From Convolutriloba macropyga (lineage: Eukaryota): DNA of 64,000 nt. Positions within the stretch are counted from its first letter, which is position 1. Every line of letters starts with the position of its first letter. The notes under the pieces were generated by a model. It was given only the letters and a program-made list of their open reading frames with translations. It did no database searches and had not been told where the DNA came from. The position numbers and the translations under genes were made by a program. Positions 12,539-23,099 of this stretch are shown here, one piece after another. The stretch spans positions 23,870,001-23,934,000 of the forward strand of contig NC_134479.1 of the NCBI RefSeq assembly GCF_964194025.1. Reading direction: 5' to 3'.

Positions 12539-15500
12539 ATGTGCGTTCGCAAATGATGTTCCAACCCGAGCTCATCTACATTTTTGATATAATTGTCAAC
12601 CTAATGATGAGATAATTAAAAATAGATGTTTGAGTTTTTAAAAATCGTTACACAACCGAACTACAAATTGAAATACGTAACATCGCGCCTCATTACATCG
12701 CTCAGAAGATCTGCCATTAGAAGGACTACGAGAAAAAAACAAACGACAAGATGAGCAAAAACATAAAATTTTAGCGAATGTGCTAAAGGAAGGGAAAAAG
12801 AAGCACAAAAATTGAGCACTCACAAAACTTATATAAAAACGCATATTGTCTAACAAACAAGGCATCAGTTACGACATGATATCAATGAAAAGCATTTTTT
12901 GAATTACAATGAATTGGATGGAACTTCTAAATGATGAGAATAAATTACAAGTTGACGAAAAAAACAAAAACTTAAAATATGAAAGCCTTTGTAAACGAAC
13001 AATATCATGAACTTTATTACTCTAAACTGACTGCATTGATTAACATGATTCAATTAATCTTTACTTAGAAGCCTATGAGACCAGTCAGCATTTCAAGACT
13101 ACATGAAGTATTTCAGAAATATTAAGAAAAATTGAGCGAGAAAAGTGTCAAACCCAAAAAATTAGTTTTTGTTAAACGACTTTCTTTTTTGAATATTTTT
13201 TAAAAGCAATGGCGTTGTTCTTTACTTAACAACATGACGTCAAAAAAATAAAGAAATACAATAAAACCAAAAAATTTTTGAGAGAACCAGTTATATCAAC
13301 GCCATTATATTCAAGGGCTTCCAACGGAAGTCAGAAAGTACGCTAAATTATACCTCAATGAGAAAGAAATGGTGTTTTTTAATCAAATGTAATCAACTGG
13401 ACGACAAAATAAGTCTTACTATTATGAAAACAACAACAAACACATGTAAAAACCCGAAATTCATTAGGGAATTAAAAGAAGAAATTTCGAAGCCATTGAC
13501 ACCATTATAGTTTCTCCGAAGACCTTATCTATGATCCATTGGACGTCTTCTTTAAGCCAATGGGAACTATTAATGATGGAATAATGAGATAAGATGTCAA
13601 AAGGAACCAAAATAACAAAAATCCGATTTTTTTTTTTGAAATTACAAAAACTCGTGGCATCGAAGTCTTAAAACCAATGGTTAGTAGTAATAACCGCTTA
13701 CCAGATAAATTTTCTATGCAATATAAAGGAAAGGGGTCAAGTAATTACTAAGATTTACCTACATATCATGGAAACAGGTTTAAGAGCGATTAGCGTTAAA
13801 AAAATTCGAAAATGCTTTTGAAAAGTGTTAACACGCACTCAATCCAAGAGCTCTCTGCGGAAGTCAATAAAAACGCAAAAATATTCCCTGATGGGAGCAT
13901 AAGGATGTTGGACAATCTTATGTCAACAAAAAATATATAATAAGTCTTATGATTATGAAAAAAAAACAAAAAAAGCTGGCAAAAATCCAAAAAATTCAAT
14001 AGAAAAGTGTAAGAAAGTGTCGAAGCCGTTTGAATCATAAACTTTTCTCTGCGAACTTTATCTATTATCAATTTAAAAGCTTCTCATAGCCACTGGGACC
14101 TATCAATACTAAAATACAGTTATAAAAATGAAAGCTAATCAAAATTACAAAAAATGTATTCAAAATTTTTTAGAAAAAAATTATGAAAACTCGTGGCATC
14201 AAAGTCATAAAAACCAATAATTAGAAGATAAAGACGCTAATCAGAGTCATTTTAGATGCATTTGGAAACAAAGAGGTCATTTCATTAATGAAATTGACTG
14301 AGAGTTCACGAAAAAAAGTTAAAGATTGGTTAATGTCCAAAAAAATTATAAAAAGTTTTTTTTGAAGTCTTAACAGCCACTAAATTCAAGAGCTTTCAAG
14401 GAAAATCAAAAATACGCTACCTTATGCCTCGATGAGAAGAGTGGGATGTTGGTCATCATTATTTTGTCATTAAGACGTCACCATAAGTCCTATGAATTTT
14501 TGTGCTATGACAACGACAAATACAGGCAAGAACCATTAAATTTTCAGCGGAATTTTCTAGAAGAAAGTAACGATTCCAATTAAACCACAAACTTTGCTCT
14601 GAAAACTTCAAGAGATAAAGCCGCTAACCAGACTGATTTTAGCAGCAGTTGCTATGAAAAAGGTCCTGTTATAACTGAGATTGACTTACAAATCACGAAA
14701 ATAGGTTTAAGATTGATTAATGTCCAAAAAAAACTATAATAATTTTTTCTTGATGTCTTAACAGACACTAAATTCAAGAGCTTTCGAGTAAATACAAAAA
14801 ATTAGCTGTCTTTTGCCGCAGTGGGAAGGAAAGGATGTTTGTCACCCTTATATTATCAAAAAGACATCATAATAAGTCTTATGATTATAAAAACAACAAA
14901 AAAAGCAGGCAAAACCCAAAAAATTCAATATAAAATTATAAGAAAGTGTCAGAGACATTTGAATCATAAATTTTTCTCTGCCAATTTTATCTATGGTCAT
15001 TTCAAAGTTTTTTAGGCCACTGAAAATCATCAATATTAGAATACTGTGATAAAAAAGAATGATAATCAAAATTACAAAAAAATGTATCCAAATTTTAAAA
15101 AAAGTTATGAAAACTCGTGGCATCAAAGTCATAAAACTTCGTGGCATCGAAGTCACAAATTAATAGAAGATAAAACGGCTAACCGGATTCGTTTGAGCAG
15201 CACTTTTAAAGGAAGAAGACATTTATTCACTGAGATTGACCTACAGTTCTTGAAAAAAGTTTAAATATGGTTAATGTGCAAATGAAATTCAAAAAAAAAT
15301 TAGTTTCGAAGTCTTAACAGCCACTAATTTCTAGAACTTTCAAGGAAATCCCAAAAGAATTACGCTACCTTAAGCCCCGATGGAAAAAGTGTGATGATTG
15401 TCATCAATATATTATCAATACGACACCACAATAAGTCCTATGATTAATTAAGACTACGACAAATACATGCAAAAACCAATAAAAACTCAGCCAAATTTTC

Positions 15501-15860
15501 CAGAAGAAAATGTCGATGCCAATAAAACTAAAATCTTTGCTCTGATATCTTTTTCTCTGATCCATTGGCCGTCTTTTCTAAGCCAATGGGAACTATCGAT
15601 TTTAGGATAATGAGAAATTATTTCAAAAGGAATCAAAACTGCAAAAAAAATCGGATTTTTTTTTGAAAATTATGAAAACTCGTGTAATCGATGTCCTAAA
15701 ACTGATAGTTATCAGATAAAACCACCTACAAGATTAATTTTGGCTGAAATAAAAATGAGGATGTACCTGTCTTTGCTGAGACTGAATTACTGTTCATGAA
15801 AATATGTTTATTATCGATTAAAAGTTCAAAAAGTTCGAAAAAATGATTTTTTAAGTCTTA
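12539..15860 (+). pseudogene. decayed gene with ~5 tandem ~540 bp (~180 codon) domains, unknown family
   Basis: Recurrent anchors aaaactcgtggcatc (13647, 14186, 15111, degenerate 15675) and attcaagagct (13309, 13842, 14383, 14773). Conserved peptides across units: IQ(E/G)L..E..KYA.L, ILS.RHH.KSY, FS...IYDPL.VF.KPMGTI, YENSWH, EID..F. Many stops and frameshifts. Confidence 0.6.
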
Positions 15861-16627
15861 GCAGCCCTTAGCTGTCAACTCAAAGCACTATACAGGTTTA
15901 TCTGATTTAAAGTGAAAAGTGACTAGTCTCTAAGTGATTAAAAAACAGAGAGTGATGATCATAGGGTAATAAAAGGATAATAAATTCGAAATTTTTCTTA
16001 AAAAAAACAGCTCTCAAATTGAATTAGATATTTTTTTGATAGTAAGCTTCCAAAAGAGACCAGCACCAGACTTTGTATCGGTCTATTGGTAACAGAAAAT
16101 TGCATCAAAGCGTGAAATGTAATTTTGAAATCATATTTTTATAGAAAGGCGTTAATTTGAACAAAAATCTCGCTTAAAGTGAACAAAATCATGCAAATAT
16201 CGCGTGTTCACACAAAATTTTAAAACCTAGATTACTTCGAAAAACACGAAATTCAAATTTTTTTTATTTTGAATTATACGCTGGACGAGCTTTTTAGTGA
16301 TATCGCTCACATTTCTCTACGATTAATATATCGATCGGTCAAAATTGACTGAACAAAAAAACCCATTTGAGTATATGGTTCCTCCCCCACAAGTGGGACC
16401 GGAGCAAAAAGTGCCAGAAATGAAACATGTTCATGCAACTGAGCAAAAATTAGAACATTAAACTTATACTCTCATCGGCTAAAGACCATCGTTTAATCTT
16501 ATGTGGAGGTGCGTAATGCAAGGACTAAAAATAATTAAAATTAAAAAACAATATATAAATAACTTAATAGGACTAAAAAACAAATATAAATTTTTATTTA
16601 GTAAAAAAGAACTTCCTCGTGAAATAG

Positions 16628-18690
16628 TGCAATAATTATACTGTAAACCGGGCCCACAGAATATCGACACAATTAAGGTTGAATACGGTCGATCCCCCTA
16701 TAACGCTACTTTCATTATGAAAAATCAAACCGTCATCATGAAACATGAATTGTTTCTATGTAATAACAAGCTGTTTAGAGGAGGACACTCTGTGAAAAAA
16801 AGAGCTAATAAGCGAGGAGAAAGGAACACTAGAAAAACTGGACAGTAAAGAGGGGGTCAATCGCAAAAAGCCGGAGACTGAAAGCTTTTCGTTTCAGAAC
16901 AAACGTCCAATGATGACCATTTCGTCACACTTCAGCGGGGATTCCCATACTAACAACAGATAACGTTAAATAAATATGATCATATCGTCTGCAATTATAT
17001 CGTAAATTAGCAGCAGACAGAGTATTTCAAAAAAGAGTCCATAGTGTGTATACCAAACGTTACCAGAAGGAGCTTTGATAGTAAAAGATGTCAACTTGTA
17101 CGACTTTCCTTTTCGCACCAGGTTGAAACTCGAAACTTGGTTTTGGCGACATTTGGCACCGCTAAACAAGCATTTTTCACTCTCAAAGATCATCGTTATC
17201 ATGTGTTTCTAAAGACAAGAATCTTCTCAATCGCTCTAATACGGCCTCATATAGACAAATCAACGAAAAATTTAACCGATGCAAAGAGCACAGCAAAAAG
17301 CAGAACGATTATTGAATTGAAATCCACTCTGATCAGAACATTTTTGAGCGCACACATGTTCCCGGTGCGCTCGAATTACATGGTCTGGAAAAGGCTTCGA
17401 GCGCACTTTTCTCTGGACAATGATCTGGAACTAGTCCGATCAGGGGTCGCTTCGGCCTGGGACGGTCTGACCAGAAGCAGTTTCGAGTGCACACTAGACT
17501 GATCGAACAAGGCCTCATACAGACAAAAAAAAACCGATGCAAAGCTCACAACAAAAAGCAGAACGGTACTATTGAATTGAAATCTACTAAACGTTGATTT
17601 GAATGAGGAAACCGCTATTCTCATCCTGAAAAAAAACGAACTGATAGATAGTCCCTCAAGTCGCCAATCGATATTAGTACTATCAGATAACACGAACTTG
17701 GCTAACAAAGAGACGACAAACGAATTCTGAGTCAAAGTCAAATCTATCGACCTTTGTTGTTTCATTAATTATTATCAAGCCCCCTTCGTAGCTACAAGCA
17801 AAAGTGGTCGAGCAATTAAACCGGTCAAAAACCTAAAATTGGACGCCATCACTTCAAATCTCACAAACCCTTGCCCCGCTTACACTAAAAAACCTCGAAA
17901 AACGTTATCTTTTGTTGAAAGATTCCAGCTAACCCCTATCGATGCAGAAAACCATTTGGATACGCAAGGACTCAGTGGTAACTAATCACAGAATTACGAC
18001 CCTTTGAGCTTGGCGGACGATTATTACTCGCAGAAAGATTTCTGGCTAGATGTGAACGATGACGATAGAAAAATAGAAAAATGATCCCAAGAAAACTGCA
18101 ACCTTCAACATATTGCTAACAATCATGAAGACTAGATTCACTCAAATTTGAAAAAATTTTTGAACATTAGTCTGTCACAAGATTTTTCAACAGGCACAGA
18201 ATTATGGCACTGTCACATTTGAAGCAATCTTGTTACAGTATTTAGGCTTAGTCAGGATCTTTGCTATTCTTCTGGATCTGATAATTATACTTGTTCTTAC
18301 CGTATCGCCTGTGTTGAACTTTTAATTCAAAAAATATTTAAGATTAGTGGTGTAATCGGAGGAATTTCTATCCGGTTTCCCTCGAAACTCTTACAACTTT
18401 GGGGGGGGGGGGATATTGTGGGAGAATTTTGGGAGTAAAATTATGCAGAAGTACGTTGATAATTGGAAGTATCCCCCTTCGAAGCCCTAATCCCAAAATG
18501 TTTTAGCTCCCCAAAATTGGAGACTGACAGTCTTGAACCCGCAACATCTGTATCCTCAGCCAGTTCTCCTTAGTCTCCAAACTAACAATACCCGCCTACT
18601 TGTTGACGGATCATCTAATTGATTATGTTCCCCATTATCCCAGTTACTCCCCTTCACTTATTCGGTTTTACCCCAATCCCCCCAATATAA
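16628..18690 (+). repeat. left arm of ~2 kb inverted repeat pair
   Basis: Colinear reverse-complement homology to 20990-22735. Examples: gagtccatagtgt.tataccaaac, gatttgaatgaggaaaccgc, ttggctaacaaag.gacgacaaacgaattc, ggagactgacagtcttgaacccgcaa. Confidence 0.85.
17329..17510. mobile_element. CTGATCAG-family repeat inserted in the left arm
   Basis: Absent from the right arm. Its reverse complement matches 63325-63460. Confidence 0.7.
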
Positions 18691-19349
18691 ATAAGATAAG
18701 GGCAAGTTGAATCAAGTCACAAAATTCACATGATTCACAAGATTCACAGATAAATCGTTAATAAATGATGCTAAGAATCAATATTCGGGTCAAACTGATG
18801 AATGCAGATAACTATTATTAGAGTGAGAATAATTGATGTTAAATCTTCCCATCATGTATTGAATGATAATGAAACCACGGGAAATAAAAATAATTTCTTA
18901 GAGAAGTGTAAATGAATACTATTAAGGGTATCCCTTGAGACTGAATTCTGGGAAATTTGCAGAAATAAAACATATTCGATATCCCTTGCGACGCCCACTG
19001 TAACCTGCTGGCATTAATGTCAGGCATATATACAGCTGGTTTTCGAGTCTTAATATTGCCAAAATCAAATCACAATCTTTACCTAAAAATCATTTTGTCC
19101 TGTAAATCTCTGAGCTCTACTTTAAAATATGATTATTTTTATTCTCTCAATTTTGATAAAATATTTCTTCTACTAAGTTAAAAAAAATATTTGCTTGCAA
19201 ATTTCCATTATCTAAAAGGTTAAAGGCCAAGCAACTTTCCAAGTCATCCAACCAATTTTCAAAACAATACTAATTTGTTGTTGACATTCATTATTGTTTT
19301 CTGCTTAGTACCTTTTCTTTCAAAACCATCTTGCCTGTTCGAACAGCGA

Positions 19350-19870
19350 TGGATCAACAAAGAGTGAAGCTACCGACCAACACAGAAAAACACACGTTTT
19401 TCTTACCTGGAGCACGAGATTTCTTGCGTTGATGCAGACTAAGGGACTCTACAGATCACTACTGTGGGCAGAGAAGCAACCCACTGACCTAAACCACTAG
19501 CCATTGAGGCAAGCAATGATGAGAAGAACAATCACAATGTGATTAAAGATTCTACGAGATAAAAATTGCATACATCAAGTAGAAACAAAAAAATCTGTGG
19601 TGTCTCCTCCCTTTGACACTCAATGCAACAAATTTCATGATGATGAGACGCGACTGTCTGTAGGATGACTGCAGCGAAGATAGAGCAAACGCTTGGAAGC
19701 TTTCTGCAAAAGAGATTTCAGAGTATGGAGACGGCGAGAGTGGTGAATTTGGTGGTACAGCTTGCTCGATTGCAAATGGAAGATTCTAAAGATATGAAAT
19801 ATTTCTTCATCAGAGTACAGCAGTTTTTCACAAGGCTACAAGAAGCAGGGTACTTAACCCTCTACAAGAC
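19350..19870 (+). mobile_element. Ty1/Copia gag fragment (degenerate)
   Basis: Reads MDQQRVKLPT.../FLTWSTRFLALMQTKGLYRSL (Copia gag N-terminal W..RF.A.L..KGL pattern), then AWK.../KRFQSMETARVVNLVVQLARLQMEDSKDMKYFFIRVQQFFTRLQEAG (UBN2/Retrotran_gag_2-like). Frameshifted; no LTR or pol seen. Confidence 0.75.
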
Positions 19871-19959
19871 ATTTTACAGTAGAGTTTAGAGAATGACAGG
19901 AGAACCTGATTACTAGATAAAAGTTCTGATTTGTTTTTGGGGATGGAAAAAGCTCAAAA

Positions 19960-20640
19960 ACCATCTGCAGACATACCCAATATCAAAGCGAGAACATCAG
20001 AATACACAAAATATGATTTTCAGTAGGAGTCATTAGTGTTAGGCAATGTGGTTTGCTTCTGCAAATTTTTTCAAATTCTGTCTAGAAGGATACCTTTAAC
20101 AGTATGCATTTACACTTGGCTAAGAATTCTTTCAATTTTTCCGTTGATTTCTTAACCATTCAGTACATTCTGGGAAAATTAAAGATCCAAAAAACAATCT
20201 AACAATAGTTATCTAGGTTCATCAGTTTTCGAATATTGATTTTTAGCACCATTAATTGACATTTCTTTTATATGAACTTTGTCACTTGAATCCATTTTCT
20301 TTTGTTTTTCAAATCTTCTGAAGTAAACTTTTTTTCTTAAAATTCTAACTAAGTTAAAGACTATAGTCTGATCAAAATTCTAACACACCACTTTTGAACA
20401 AGTAAATCATTAACTTGGCTATTCGAATCAGTTTTGTTTGAAACGATTAATTCTTTTCACCATCGAAATGAGTTTTGCTAGTGGGCTATTATGGCTATGT
20501 TTGGTTATAAGGACTTAAATATTGCATAATATGTCCAGTAAATATTTTGTTTGATACACAACCTGGGTATGTATGCAGGTATGTGTTTATAAGACTGTTT
20601 TTATGTATCTAAATATGTATGTACGTCTTTATGTACGGAT
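19960..20640 (-). mobile_element. decayed LINE 5' portion (ACAT-rich leader plus APE endonuclease remnants)
   Basis: (ACAT)-rich tract at 20565-20635, then on the minus strand SGV (GGV-like) and ggatctttaattttccc (GDFNFP-like). Confidence 0.4.
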
Positions 20641-20644
20641 CCGT

Positions 20645-22735
20645 GTTGAAATTACCTTCCTCCCACTAAGTACCCCCAAACTCAAGTAACAGTAGATGAT
20701 AATTATCTATGGTGGGTAAAACGATGTCTGATCAGGGGGTAATGAGGGGTAAGGGTGGATATTTGGATTTTATCCCCAAAAAGTAACCCCAAAAAAATAA
20801 GTGGTTAAGATGTTAAATTTAGGTGGCTGCACGGTGTAAGGTTAGGGAGATAAAGGGGTAATGGGGAGTAATGGTGAAGTTTTAGATATTACCCCTCAAA
20901 GTTACAATACAAAGAGATATCAGATTATGGATAAAAAATCGGGGTTTATGTAGGAAAAGGGTCTAATGTGGGGTAATGGGGAATAGGTTCATATAGATTG
21001 TTCATCAAGAATTGGGCTAGCATTGATGGTATAGAAGTTAAGGAGAACCAGCTGAAAGCACAGAAATTGCGGGTTCAAGACTGTCAGTCTCCGAGTTTGT
21101 GGGCTAAAACAATTCAGGATCAGGTCTACAACGGGGATACCTCCAATTACCAACCTATTCCTGCATAATTTTATCCCCAAAGTTCTCCCCCAGCCATACC
21201 CTCCCCGCAAAGAAAAGTTGTAAGAGTTTTTAGGTGAATCGGCTAGAAATTCCCTCGATAACATGACTTATCTTACATCTTTTTTGGAGTAAAATTTAAA
21301 CACAGGCAGTACCAGTATAATTATCAGATCAAGAAGATTAGCAAATAACCTGACTATACCAATATACTGCAACAAGGTTTCTTTTTTTGTGACAGTGCCA
21401 AAATTCTGTGCCTGTGGGAAAATTTTGCGACAGACTAATGTTCAAAAACTGTTTTGTTGTTTAAGTGATTCTAGCCTTCATAATTGTTAGCAGTCTTTTG
21501 ATAGTTGCAGTTTTCTTGGTTTCAACTATTTTTGTTTTGTCATCGTTCACATTGAGCCAGAAATCATTCCATGAGTAGTAATCGGCCGTCTACGGTTGTC
21601 GTCCTGTTATTAGTTACCACTGAGACTTTACGTATCAATTTATTTCTCTGCATCGATAAAGGTTAGCTCTAACTTTTCAACAAAAGCTAACTTTTATCGA
21701 GGTTTTATTTAGTGTAAGTGGGGCAAGAATTTGGGAGATCTGAAGGAATGGCGTCCAATTCGAGTCGGTCATTCTCTGGGACGTCAATACGAAAGATTTT
21801 GGCTGCATTCTTTGATCGATCGCTTGTGCGTGTAAATAGGAAGGGAAATTTGATAATAATTATAATTTGATCTGAAATAACAAAAGAAGATTTAATATTT
21901 AATTGAATTTGACTCTGAATTCGTTTGTCGTCACTTTGTTAGCCAAATTCGGGTTATCTGATAAACATCGATTGGGGACTTGCGGGACTATCTATCAGTT
22001 CCACCTTTTTGAGGATGAGAAAAGCGGTTTCCTCATTCAAATCAGCGTTTAATGGATTTCAATTCAAAAATACCTTGCAACTTTTTGTTGCGGGTTTTGC
22101 ATCGGTGAAGTTTTTCATTGGTTTGTCAGTATGAAGCCGTTTTCGAGCCATTAAAAAGATTCTTGACTTTAAAAACAATGATGATCTTTACGAAGTGAAA
22201 AATGCTTGTTTAGGGGTGCCATATGTGGCCAAAACCAAATTTCTTGGTTTTTTAACAGGTCAGCCTGGTGCGCAAAGGAAAATCAAATCGACACCTTTTA
22301 CTATCAAAGCCCCCCCCCCTTTAAAGTTTGGTATAAACACTATGGACTCGTTTTTGAAATACCTTGTCTGCTAATTTACGCTGTAATTGCTAACTAATTG
22401 TTTTTTTTTAATCGTTTTGTGATGTTAACAATGGGAACCCCGCAGAATTGTGTCGGAGATTTTATCACTGGTCGTTTGTCCTGAAACAATATGTTTTTAC
22501 TCAATTGCTTTTGGCAACTGGCAGCTCCCTCATCGCTCAGTTTTTCAAGTTTCTTTGCTTCTCATTTTTTAGCTCGTTTTTCCTGGATTGTCCTCGTCTA
22601 AACAGTTTCCTATTACATAGAACCAATTAATGCTTGATGAAGACGGCTTAGTAGCAACGTAATATGAGATTCGACGTAATTTGTCTCAGTTTTGTCTACT
22701 TTCTGTGTGCCCTGTTTACAGTTTAACTGTTGCAT
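20645..22735 (-). repeat. right arm of ~2 kb inverted repeat pair with a GGGGTAA-rich inner extension
   Basis: 20990-22735 mirrors 16628-18640. 20645-20815 is the reverse-complement homologue of 35260-35470. Confidence 0.85.
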
Positions 22736-23099
22736 TTTTTATGTCGCTCCCTATTCATCACATAAATTTTTACAAATATTTTTAAATTGATGCAGCCTAA
22801 TCTTAATCTAAGTCCTTGAATCACTAAAATCTAAGTAATAAATTATGCGAAGCTCTAGATTAAATAAAGAGAAAATTAGCCTTATGGTGTAACTTTTTCA
22901 TAGTTGGGTGACCAGGTTCTTTTTCTTGCACCTTCAAGATCTACCTCGATTTTGCGTAGTACCCGCGCCTCTTCAAACTTTTCCGCAGTCGTTCAAGTTT
23001 TGGCTCGTTAGGGTGTTTTACAATTTTCATTATTTGGAAAACCTACTTCTTTATTTTCACTGTGATAAATATCGCGTTGAATTCCTTGATTTAGTGCCT

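Noticed and set aside
17044-17765. 152 aa and 129 aa ORFs as intact genes
   Set aside because: They run through an inserted repeat, and the frames are broken in the inverted paralogous arm.
18850-19340. LTR/PBS for the Copia gag fragment
   Set aside because: No second LTR copy and no recognisable primer-binding site.
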